A stretch of 64,000 nt of DNA, from the NCBI GenBank assembly GCA_043228905.1, contig JBHGNT010000013.1, forward strand, positions 744,001 through 808,000. The letters run 5' to 3'. Positions 47,754 through 58,720 of the stretch are shown in pieces. The position numbers and the translations under genes were made by a program. The notes beneath the pieces are model-generated. The model did not search any database, was not told the DNA's origin, and was given only the letters and a program-made list of their open reading frames with translations. This DNA comes from Azolla caroliniana. Lineage: Eukaryota > Plantae > Polypodiophyta. How positions within the stretch are numbered: the stretch's first letter is position 1; every line of letters starts with the position of its first letter.

Positions 47754-48628
47754 GATACGCCTGGTTCGGAGTGATGGAATTAAGGCAAGGGATAACAATT
47801 ACGCATTGTAACTTTGTTGAAACGTCGATAATCCACACATAGGGGTATCCTTCTTCTTGACAAAAACAATTGGGGACCCGATCGGTGATTTGGAGGGTTG
47901 AATGAAGCCCTTCATGAGGTTATCAACTAGATATGTGCAGAGAGCCTCAAGATTGGGTTCAGATATCCCATATATAGGGCCGAATGGTGGATGCTCGCTA
48001 GCTTGGTGTTCGATTGGGAAATTGTAGGGACAATGTGCCATTAACTGATCTGCATTTTGCTTCTCGAATATATCCGAAAAGCCGCTATATCATGCAGGCA
48101 AATTGTTGACAGGAATAGAGATGTTCCGCGACAAAACGGCTAGTGTAACGACCAAGCTGGAATTGGCTGCCACGGAATTAAGAGAGTTTAGTGACCCAGT
48201 CAGAATCGGCCGCACTGGAAAAGTGATGGAGCGGTTGCACCAATCCATTGTTGGATTGTGTGTCTCCAACCAAGATAGCCCCAAAACAATCAAATGTTGG
48301 GGGGTTGCAATGAGGTAGAACGTTAGTACCTCATGGTGGGGCCTGCCTTGAAGTACCAACGGGATAATGACTTCTATAATCGCCCACGAAGAGAGAACCC
48401 GGTTGTTGATCACTTCAACGGATATGGATTGTAATGTGTGGACGGTGGGGATATTATGTGCGCAGACAAATGATATATCGATAAAACAAGTAGAATCTGC
48501 TCCGGAGTCGAGAAAAGCTTGAGGGTGTATTGAAGTCGATCCAAAACAAAGACTTACTTGCAAAGCAAACACCGCTAATGGCGGAAGGGACTAGTAGGAG
48601 CATGGAGAAGGTGGGTAATGGGAAGCGT
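47754..48628 (-). pseudogene. Chromovirus protease + RT N-terminus (continuation of gag at 55544-56430)
   Basis: AFLDSGA, IVLGLSWLETHNPTMDW, PPFGPIYG..GFIQPSKSPIGSPIVFVKKKD, CVDYR. Joins 55544 in the pol frame once 48629-55543 is removed. Confidence 0.88.
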
Positions 48629-49194
48629 TGTCATGAAGATTTTCGGCAACGGTGTGAAAATTGTGTGCAATGAATGAAATTGAGAAGGTGCAATGTGCAC
48701 GTGTGAAAGGGATGAAGGCCACACGCATATGCTAGCATGTTGTAAATAGGACTGAAATGAGAATTGTAAAAGAAAAGCTAGCTGTAAAGTTAAACATGTG
48801 CACGTGTGATGTGCGCTCAATTGTAAATATAAAAATAAGACTAAAGCCTAGTAACATTTAAGTGCATATATAGGGGTGGAAGCAAGGCTTGAACCTTGCA
48901 CCTCTAAAATAGGAAACAAATTAACTTACCACTAAAGCCACTATTGAGTGCTATAGAATTTGTATATTTTCTTTTGATATTTAGTATTTTGTAGGAAGCA
49001 AACATATAGAAAACGTGGGCACAAAACCATGGTTTTAGCCCATGATTTTTGCATGGAGAGACCTATAAAAGCCTATAGTTGGGCTTGTGTATGGGAGGCA
49101 AGTGATGTAAGTAAAAAAAGAAACTTTTAATCAAAGATCAGAGTTATCCTAATGGTGATGTGTCTTGTCTCGTAAAACTAAAGTCAAGGGTTTA

Positions 49195-49234
<40 letters not shown>

Positions 49235-50095
49235 TCGGCCCAAGTTAGAGCTAAGTGTCACCTAACTATCTCCCATAGCCCAGTTGAGGTGGTTGGATCA
49301 TACATCTATCTCGAAGTCACTTTCAGTGCTCGCTTAGGTAAATTTTCGATGACACTGGCAACAAAGGATAGACTTATGAGAGGACATGCATCCCTCTCAC
49401 TCCTAGACAAACAATGCCACCAAGCATACTTTCAAGAGCCACAGACTAAAGGGTGGCTCTTTGACTCATTAGTGACCCCCTCCCTCATGTATGCATCAAC
49501 GGTTTGGGCTCTAGGATTACCATCTTTCATGTGGACGCAATTAGAGAGACCATTCGTGATGATGTTATCACGCCAACTCCGAAGCAAATCGACAATACCA
49601 CATGACATTATTAGGGCTGAGTTCACGTTACCCCCAATGTTAGTAGAGGCACTTTTCCAACTTGTATTCTTTATTCATAGGATACATAGCCAACCACATG
49701 ATAGAATATCTCGTCAAGCCTTTAAGGCCTCTCGATGAGTGAGTTCGGCTATACTAGCTCATGGTATGGCAGGATGGTGAGTTGGCTTCTTGCGAATGGT
49801 CTAGACATTAATAACCTACCTCCCCTTAGGTACAACCACACGATTGATAACACTTTAATCTCTCATGAGAACCGCAATAAAGGAATACGCCAAGACATAT
49901 AAATGGATCACCCCACGAGAGTCACTCCCATCTAAAATGTTGTACTATAAGGAAAACTTCATGCACTTCTCTGAGTTAGGTTTTATCACGCGGCCAAAAT
50001 ATCTAGATGTATTCTTACCACATGCACTAAGGGTTGCCATTGGACAACTTAGAATATCATCTCACCAACTTGAGATTGAGAATGACCATACTAAT

Positions 50096-51456
50096 AGATA
50101 GATAGATAGATAGATAGATTATATTACCGTCTTCGGAGGTCAAATATGACCTATGAGACCAAAAAATTACATTTCACGTGATACGTGTGAAAGTGAGTAG
50201 TGACTCTCGATGTTCAAGAACTTTACCAATGAATGTTGCAATTGAGAGTGCACATTGTGGTTGTGAGAGGAATTCATGCAAAGATTGGGCTCGATCGAAG
50301 AGATGTGGAAAGCATGGTCAAATATGATCAAAGGCAGAGCATTGTATCAAAGTGTGATACTCAGACTCGCGAACTTGTTTAGGGCAAAGTGTGCATAGGC
50401 GACCACTCTCATCACTTGTACCCCAACGCCTTGTTTCACATCGCAATGCATGTGAGCTAAGTCGCATGGAAGCAATGGTTCGAATGGAAGATAATGGTAT
50501 GGGCTCTAACATGTATGGATGTGTACGATTTCCCCGTTCCGCAAAGAATATGGTTTTGTAGTTAGGTGCAACATGTGTAGTATATTGTGTGAAGCGTGAG
50601 CCTCCACATTTGTCCCATGTCATGATACATTGGCGTTGCAAAAATGCCTCATTTACAGAGGAATCTAATGATGCATCATGAAGCAAGTGTCTCGCATCCC
50701 ATCTACCAAACCATTTTTCTATATCTTGCATCCAACCGGAACACAAAATTTTGCTTTTATGCGTCTTTTGGATCTTTTTGCTTGCTTCCCACGCAATTCT
50801 AGGAAGTCGATGTGAGGGACTTTTTTGAACCTTAAGCATGTATTCAACAACCCTTTCCATGGCCATGATCTCAATGGGAAGCGATCCCGTCTCAAGGAGG
50901 AGGGTGTAGGGCGTTTGTTTCTTAACTTGTAGAAACTTGGTAAGAAAATGCTTTTGGACATTTTCAAACTCTTTCCACATAGATTTAGGTATGCTACTGC
51001 CCCATACTTCCACCCCATAGAGAAGAATTGGTGTCACCAAAGTGTCGAAAAGATATTTCTTGAGGACCCAACACTTAATATCTCCAAGATTGCATGTGTT
51101 CTCAAATGCATAGTATGCTCGCTTGCCCGCCTCTAAGCGGCGTGTAGCACATTCATTCCATCTATGATTTGAAGGAACTTCAAGGCCAAGATATTTGAAG
51201 CTTTCCACACATTCAAGTGGCTCATTGTTGTACATAATGCATGGTTTATCTCTTTTTTGGCTCTTCACAAGCATAATCTTTGTTTTAGAGCTATTGACAC
51301 TTAATTTAGTATGCATGCAAATTTTTTCCAATGCCTTCATAAGCTTTTGTGCATCTCCTAAAGTATTTGCAAAAAGCACTACATCATCAGCATATAGCAA
51401 AAGCATAATCACAACATTCCCAATGGCAACTTCTTCAACACATTCTTCCTTTGCAA
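50096..51456 (-). mobile_element. 5'-truncated non-LTR retrotransposon (inner LINE) with (TCTA)n tail, TSD ACTAAT
   Basis: ACTAAT at 50090-50095 and 51457-51462; (TAGA)n at 50095-50119; ORF with YADD. Confidence 0.92.
50318..51412 (-). CDS. LINE ORF2 C-terminal part (RT C-terminus + C-terminal Zn finger), 5'-truncated
   Basis: LLYADDVVL, VNSSKTKIM, VESFKYLG, LFDTLVTPILLYGVEVWG, RLSSHALRCET..LCTLC..ESEYHTLIQC. Confidence 0.9.
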   Translation of the reverse strand: MIMLLLYADDVVLFANTLGDAQKLMKALEKICMHTKLSVNSSKTKIMLVKSQKRDKPCIMYNNEPLECVESFKYLGLEVPSNHRWNECATRRLEAGKRAYYAFENTCNLGDIKCWVLKKYLFDTLVTPILLYGVEVWGSSIPKSMWKEFENVQKHFLTKFLQVKKQTPYTLLLETGSLPIEIMAMERVVEYMLKVQKSPSHRLPRIAWEASKKIQKTHKSKILCSGWMQDIEKWFGRWDARHLLHDASLDSSVNEAFLQRQCIMTWDKCGGSRFTQYTTHVAPNYKTIFFAERGNRTHPYMLEPIPLSSIRTIASMRLSSHALRCETRRWGTSDESGRLCTLCPKQVRESEYHTLIQCSAFDHI

Positions 51457-52353
51457 ACTAATGGAGTCCCTAGGGAGGAAAGGATATGTAGGTTATGTCA
51501 CATAGAGAGAGAGGATGAGTATCACTTTACATGCAAGTGCCCAACCTACGTCGAGATAAGGGAAAAATACCAAGACATACTTGGTTCCTCTCCCACCCTC
51601 CCCAAACTATTAGATACTCTAGATATAAAGAAAATAGGCAAATACATTCTAGAGCTAAAACAACACAGAGAGAATAAGTTACAAAATGTTGACAATAATG
51701 TTGCTAATGTTCACCAACATGTAACAAATGAAGTTTTTCAGGAATAGGGGGAGACAACGAATGTCGACACACTTGCACCACTTGGCCTTTCCCTTGATGA
51801 GGTAGAAAACCAAAGAAGAACCAGATGTCCTCGGGTGCCGGGTTTCAAAGCAACTCGACGTGGTGTGGAAGCAATAATGAAAATAAGGGAACGTGAGCTA
51901 CATCTCCTAGAAGCCATGGCTAGGGCACTCTCTACATTGGAACCACGGGTCACACCCACATCAAAACCCTTTGACCCCCCACTTCTTTTCGAGAGGCTTG
52001 GGTGGAAATAAAATTAGGATTAGTGTAAAGTCACTTCCTTTATCGAGTACACCACGTATTGTACATTACTAGAACTCTTTTAGCTTCAGTTCTATGTTTA
52101 CTTTATTTTATTTTAGTTATGATGACTGGATAAATACTCATTTTATTGTAAACCAATTGTCTCATGGGCCAAATTTGGCCTTAGAAGACGTTAATATATC
52201 TTTCTTTCTTCTTTCTCTCTCTCTCTTCATCCATCTATCTATCTTCAATACTTTCTCTCTTACGCTGCTAAAAATGTTGAATCCTTCTGGTCCAGGACCT
52301 CGGTGGTCCCACTTCATTTCACGAACACGCGAAGATTTCCTCAACATCTTACT

Positions 52354-52370
52354 TGGTGAACCCGACGTGA
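52354..52370 (+). promoter_or_regulatory. Primer-binding site complementary to tRNA-Trp 3' end
   Basis: TGGTGAACCCGACGTGA is the reverse complement of TCACGTCGGGTTCA-CCA, the plant cytosolic tRNA-Trp 3' end as I recall it; 7 nt after the LTR end. Confidence 0.8.
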
Positions 52371-52416
52371 AGAAGCGGTAGGAAGGATCAAGACGAGGAT
52401 CGAACAATACGTGGAG

Positions 52417-53037
52417 ATGGCATCCTCAAGCAATCAAGTGGGAGAGTTTGAAAGAATGATGATAATATTCGAACAAATGATGAGATCTCGGGACAATGAT
52501 GCGAGCGTGGAGAAGGCCGTCAACTATGTCGTGGAGGTCGAGGGTCAATTTGATGGAAGGAACATTACGAAGTTCCTGGATGTATACAAAAGGGAGATGA
52601 ATCAAAGGGATGTGTTTGAAGCACGTCAAATCTCGAGTTTCAAGCGAGTTGCCGCCAACAGCGTCCAAAGGCGGGTCATCGAGCTTCAAGAAAGGAAGAC
52701 ACCGTGGTCAGAGTTTGAAAGAGCAATATTAGCGGAGTTTGCGATGGAAGATTTGTCCCGGATGACTCAACATGTCTTGATGAAATGGATAGAAAATAAA
52801 AATAAGAAGATGTGTGCCTCGAGGGTATACGGCCAGTTCAACCATATGTTTAGTCGTCTCCCTACCACAGACCAAGTGCTGCTTGAGGAGGACAAGACTT
52901 TGTACTTCCTAAAAGCTGTGGATATGAAGGATAGACGAGAATTGGGGATTCTCCTCGAAGATGATACCCAAGTGAACGGAGAGCGTGCAACAAGATCAAT
53001 AGGCGTCATCAATGGCTTGATGATATTTACTTGGTAA
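52417..53037 (+). CDS. Gag-like protein of the non-autonomous element
   Basis: First ORF after the PBS; FDGRNITKFLDVY..WSEFERAILAEF..YFLKAVD helical capsid-like pattern. Confidence 0.6.
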   Translation: MASSSNQVGEFERMMIIFEQMMRSRDNDASVEKAVNYVVEVEGQFDGRNITKFLDVYKREMNQRDVFEARQISSFKRVAANSVQRRVIELQERKTPWSEFERAILAEFAMEDLSRMTQHVLMKWIENKNKKMCASRVYGQFNHMFSRLPTTDQVLLEEDKTLYFLKAVDMKDRRELGILLEDDTQVNGERATRSIGVINGLMIFTW

Positions 53038-54733
53038 GGTCAAACATAGAAAAAACAAGACCATCTAAAGAAGTCGAGCTACCTAAACAAAGCAACCTAC
53101 ATGAATAGAAGATTGATGATGAATCGAGGACGGAGAAGGCCACTTCGAGGGAGGATGAATGTTTCGGAACATGCGTCGTGTTTGAAACATCAGATGATGA
53201 AGGAGCAAGCCTAATCGAAGCTTGTGTGAATGGAGATAAAGAGTGTGAGGCTAGCATAATTGAGGATCTAGCCGCTAAAGACAACATCAAGGAGGTGACT
53301 ATGAACAAGACAACAAGCGTCGACAACGAACATGGCCATATTTTCTCCGCACTTGTTCTAGAGACTTGGGGAGTTGCATCCAAGAACCAACGTGAGACCC
53401 AAGAGACGGAAGGTGTCGGTGGGGAGCCATTGAAGGTCGAAACGAATACATGCGACGAAGAGAGAAGCATAATCGAAGCTTTCTCGATCAAGAGGGTCAA
53501 TGGGTACGAGGCCCATGAGATTGAAGAGATAGCCACGAAAAATGACATCGAGTCATAGGTGGCTATGGAAGAATTAATGGCAGATGGCCACGTCGAGGAT
53601 TCCTTCACACAAGTTTTGGAGACTTGGGCAGTTGATGGAAGGTGGTAGTAAGGGGAATGACCAAGATGGTGTGCACAACATCGAGGCGAAGATAGATATG
53701 GACGAGTTGATGGTGAATGATGGCAGTGACCAGACGTTCCCCACACTGGTTCTAGAGACTTGGGCAGTTGCGTCCGAGAACCAACATAAGACCCAAGAGA
53801 CGGAAGGTGGCAACAAGGGGAAGTTCAAATCTGGTGTGAAAGATGACATCAAGCAAAGGTGTCGTAAGCAATTGACCAAAGACAAATGGATTCCTTCGCA
53901 CATGTTCTAGAGACTTGGGCAGTTGTGGTTCAAAGCCAACGTGAGACCCAAGAGACAAAAGATGATGGTGGGGAAGCGAAGGTCCAAGCTGTTGCAAATA
54001 ATGATGTTGGGGAGTGGCCGACAGATACATATGGATCTCTCCACACTCATTCTGGAGACTTGGACATTAACGGATGTAAGACCCAAGAGAAGCACAATGA
54101 CGACGAAGAAGCAAGGGTTGAACCTGATGTGTGGGAGGAAGTGGTCAAGCAAAGAATTGAGACAAAAGTTGATGCATACAACAAAGCCTCTGAACAAAGT
54201 ATACCAAGGGATGACGATGTCCAAGTGAGCCATCGGGATCTGAAGGATATGATCAAAACATCTAGCAAAGATGTTAGTGTGAAGATTGTCAACTCTAACA
54301 TGAGATTGTATCATGAAACTGAACAAAGTGAGAAATATAGAGCATGGTCTCGTAAGGATCTCAAAGTGGGCATGCACTTGAAGGTACTACATGGGGTACT
54401 CAATGTCATTATTAAGATAAAGGTTTGGGGAGAAAGACACAAAACAAAAATGTGTGACGGGTCAAAGTGCCTTAAGCAAGGAGATGGTTGGGACAAAGGT
54501 GGAACATGCATAAAGCCTAAACAGTTATGTTTGGAAGGAGAACAAGGGGCCATGACAATTGGTCATGGTAAAGCAAAGAATGAGTGATGATATGGTGGAT
54601 TGGGTGGCAACAATGGTTCGAGTGAAGGGAATGGACATGCTCAAAATGGAGGAATCGTACTAATCACCGTAGCCGAAATCTCACACTCTCTTCTTGGCAC
54701 GTACCAGAGGACGTGCGGTTTGGTGGGGGTGGA

Positions 54734-55283
54734 TGTCGTGAAGATTTTCGGCAACGGTGTGAAAATTGTGTGCAACAAACGAAATCGAGAAGGTGCAAGG
54801 TGCACGTGTGAAAGGGGTGAAGTTCACACACATATGCTAGCATGTTGTAAATAGGACTGAAATGAGAATCGTAAAAGAAAAGCTAGATGTAAAGTTAAAC
54901 ATGTGCACGTGTGATGTGCGCTCAATTGTAAATATAAAAATAAGACTAAAGCCTAGTAACATTTAAGTGCATACATAATAGGGATGGAAGCAAGGCTTGA
55001 ACCTTGCACCTCTAAGGTAGGAAACAAATTAACTTACCACTAAAGCCACTACTAAGTGCTTTAGAATTTGTATATTTTCTTTTCATATTCGGTATTTTGT
55101 AGGAAGCAAACATATAGAAACCGTGGGCACAAAACCATGGTTTTTGCATGGAGAGACCTATAAAAGCATGTAGTTGGGCTTGTGTAGGGGAGGTAAGTGA
55201 TGTAAGTAAAAAAAGAAACTTTTAATCAAAGATCTGAGTTATCCTAATGGTGATGTATCTTGTCTCATAAAACTAAAGTCATG

Positions 55284-55324
<41 letters not shown>

Positions 55325-55543
55325 AATACTTTCTTGCTTACGCTACTAAAAACGTCGAATCCTTCCGGTCCAGGACCTCGGTGGTTCCGCTTCATTTCAC
55401 GAACACGCGAGGATTTCCTCGACATCTTACTTGGTCTCTTAAATACTTTCTCACTAAAGCTAGTACAAACTTCGAATCCTTCTGGTCCAAAACCCCGACG
55501 GTTCCGCCTCACGATCCGTACATAGTGACGGATTTTCATGACA
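54734..55543 (+). repeat. 3' LTR (810 bp) with duplicated/chimeric U5
   Basis: Direct repeat of 48629-49231 and ~52240-52357, followed by an extra diverged U5 ending CATGACA. Confidence 0.9.
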
Positions 55544-56430
55544 ACGTCCAACGGCATGGCTCCTACTGCAGCCGAACTTGGTCGTTATTGTCGAGGAGCC
55601 TCCACAAGACGTGCACGGTGGAATTGGTGTCGAGGGCCCCGCACAAGGCAATGGCGGATGACATGGCTGGGGTTACCACAATAGAAACAGAGGTCATTGT
55701 CACAACGATGTTGGTGTTGGGCATCAGTTAGTGGTCGGAACCAAGCGTGGTCAATCTCCATCAGGGTATGGGAATCGACCTCCATCATAGTATGAGTATC
55801 ACTAGGTGATTGTAAGGTTGGCATGGGGGGCAAAACGGAGACGTAGGGCCTGGCTATTGATGTGTTTCGGGAGGAAGACTGAAACCCAGGAGTCCCACGT
55901 TCTTCTTGACGAAGTTCGAACAAATGATTATCACACTGGACGACTGGGAGGTTACTTGAGACAACGATGTGGGCTCTGGAAAGTTTAGGAGAAGAGTCTT
56001 GACATCATTTCAGAGACCCTGACGAAAATGGTTGCATAAGACTTGGTCATCCCAATTGACATCGTAGGTAATTTGATGGAACTCTAAAGCGTAGATAAAG
56101 GTTGGACGTGAGAAAGGAAAGCGGTGAAGTTTTCTAAGAGACGGGATGAGGTCTCGATCAAGGGTGCAAACCACACTTGCGCCGGCCTAGAGAGAAGGGT
56201 TCCGACGAGGCCGAGCCGAGAAAAGTCGTTAGCATACCATTGGGGTTGTAAACGGAGGATAAGACGAATTTGATTGATGAAGCCGAGAATATACACCCTC
56301 GTGTCATTGAATTTGTCACGTAGGTTGACGGTTGGTTTGAGGACATATAGATGGGAAGAGGAAGTGGTTGGGCTAGGTGCCGACGATGGTTGTGGCTTGG
56401 TGGGTGGTGGGTTTCTTGATGTGCCGGATT
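55544..56430 (-). pseudogene. Chromovirus gag remnant
   Basis: GFINQIRLILRLQPQWYANDFSRLGLVGTLLSRPAQVWFAPLIE; MEID..PLTDAQHQHRCDNDLCFYCGNPSHVIRHC (CCHC knuckle). Confidence 0.9.
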
Positions 56431-56432
56431 GA

Positions 56433-56803
56433 AGTTACAGAATCATAAGTTAAGTTCTTGTTCTTTTTCTCTCTCCTAGTCCTTAGTCTTATCTTGGTTC
56501 TACTCTATTATACTAGTCCATGACAGTTTGTTCACCTTGATTACAATCAAGGTGCACTTGAGTATTTATACAAGAAGGTAGAGGTATGTATGTCGGCTAG
56601 AAATAGAGAATGCATGAGGATACATGCAAGCTAGGAATAGAGAACGCATGAGGATGTACGCAAGCTAGGAATAGAGAATGCATGCAACCTAGGAACTTCC
56701 AATGTTCAATCTACCATACATGAAGTTGGATTTAAGGATGCATAGATGGATGTAGCTTAGTTGGTAGGGTTGCTTGATGGAAACCAGGAGGTCTTGGGTT
56801 CAT
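56433..56803 (-). mobile_element. Rearranged 5' LTR of chromovirus (family of 37466-37825)
   Basis: 56433-56525 is the reverse complement of 37466-37558; ~56529-56803 matches 37564-37785 directly, with a ~30-bp unit triplicated. Confidence 0.85.
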
Positions 56804-58442
56804 TCCCTCCACTGTATAGCATAACCAGATGAAATCGAGCCTTCCATGCCACATGCCGCCAAAATGCATATGATTCTTTCCTAAATCATATTTGTGTACG
56901 CACATGACCACAAGCAATGTTCAATTGATTTTGAATCGTAGTTGCAGCTCTTACAAGCATTCTCTTTGCCTCTCTGTTATAGCCATTTACCAACCGGGAG
57001 GGCTTAAATGGGTATAACTTTGTTTCATAGTATTTTTTTCCCAAAAAAGATACTATATTAGTATTAAGAAATGCCCGAAGGCTATACATAAAAGATGTAC
57101 CTTTTGGTAATGAGCCCCTTTCTAATTTAGATTGGTAGCTTAAATAAATACTTTGGTGTAGATAAGAACCACTCCACCTGATTAGAAATCCGTCTATAAA
57201 ATATTCCTTTGTCTCATATGGCATTAAACTCCAATCATTTGAACTCTGCCTCTTGCGTATTACCTTTTATGTCATCCAAAGAACCTCTGAAAGTACTTGA
57301 ATATCATCATTAGAACTTCAATGAATCACTTAAACTTGTATAACATGGTTTATACATGCATACTCTTGCTTTCAAGTAAGCTAATCTAGATCCATGAGCT
57401 TGATCAATGTTGTCAATTGGTTCCATAATAGGAACAATCTTCCACAATCGCTAGTTATAATCATAGTAGGTACACTTTTGAAGCATTATGATAAGACATG
57501 AGGGATGACACATAAACAGTGTGCAAATACAAGCTCAACATCGACACCAATTACACATATATATAGTAGGGTGGCATAAATAGAGATAGCATTGAGGTTT
57601 CAAGCTTCAAGTTCTTGCTATAGAAGTTCTACCAATTTAGTTTAAGATCATGTTCATTAGTAGTCCACCTCTCAAAATAGATTTACAATATTGCAATAAT
57701 TTGCACCATCTTTTTATAATTTGAGTGCGGAATTATGCATGTCAAAAGTTTCCCACAAAACAAAGGCCGCCATGACATCAAATTTGACACTTTTTCCACA
57801 ATATAATGAGTGAAAATGAGAAATTTTTTGCAACTCTTCTTAATTTTATTTTGGGATCACACAAGCTCATAGTTGCCTCTAAAACCCCAGCTTTGCAATG
57901 CTGAAGTTGACATATTTTTCAAAATACATAGAGTGGGCAACCTTAAACCCATTTCTTTTAGATTATTTATAATTGTGGTTTTAGATCATATGCACAACTC
58001 CCTAATAATTGCCTTTACAACATTGAAATTAACACATTTTCTATGGCACATGTGATAAGATGTTGATAAATGGAAAATATGTTATAGTTGATGAATTAGA
58101 TTTGTGATCTTTACCACATCCCTTCAATAATAAAACACTATGCATGTGATAGAATAATTGAATGATGTAAAGATGATTTATCATAGTCTTATCCTAGCAC
58201 TATATTGGCATTGTATTACCTTCTCGGTTTTCTTTGGCAATGTCCACAACTTATGATCATTTACAACTAAGGCAAGTGTTGCATATTCTCTCGAAACATT
58301 TGCACGTGCTATGTGCTAGTAGAGGAGAAAATTGTATTCTTGGTTGTCTTTAGTGTTTTCCAATAAAATTTGTAGCTTGGATTGGTATGCAATGTGCTTC
58401 CATGCCCTATGAACTGATATTGTTTTGAGAGTGAAATTAACT

Positions 58443-58720
58443 AGAGAAAAAGAGAGAGATCAAGGGCAAATATGACCCATGGAACCAATGTGAATATTTT
58501 CAATGTAGTGTGTGGGGGCATTTGTTAGTGACTCAATGTTCAAGAATTCTACTCATGAATGTTGCAATTCAAAGGCAATTGTGTCTAAGCGAGCAACGTG
58601 TAGGGATAGGATTGTGATGAATGATGCAACATTGTAGAGGGGTGTTATACTCAAACGCATGAACTCATTCAAAGCAAAATATTCACTGGATGACTCTCCT
58701 CAAATGTTTGTGTAGTGTTC
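58443..58720 (-). mobile_element. Old LINE 3'-end remnant related to the inner LINE
   Basis: agtgactcaatgttcaagaattctactcatgaatgttgcaatt matches 50199-50243; 3' stem-loop remnant at 58463-58486 next to a (GA)n tail. Confidence 0.65.

Larger units (their letters stand above)
49232..52200 (+). mobile_element. 5'-truncated non-LTR retrotransposon (outer LINE; RTEX/L2-group-like), split by a second LINE
   Basis: SYIYLEVTFS..LFDSLVTPSLMYASTVW..IGQLRISSHQLEIENDHTN | GVPREERICRLCHIEREDEYHFTCKC joins in frame across the inner insertion; 3' stem-loop then a pyrimidine microsatellite tail. Confidence 0.85.
48629..55543 (+). mobile_element. Non-autonomous Ty3/gypsy-type LTR element (gag-like + acidic repeats, no pol); LINEs inserted in its 5' LTR
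   Basis: 5' LTR 48629-49231 + ~52200-52346; 3' LTR 54734-55543; PBS 52354-52370; PPT ggtgggggtgga 54722-54733; 4-bp TSD GCGT/ACGT (1 mismatch); host pol frame restored on excision. Confidence 0.88.

Noticed and set aside
53178-54587. env-like gene or captured host gene
   Set aside because: No transmembrane segment, splice pattern or recognisable domain; frames are broken and repetitive.
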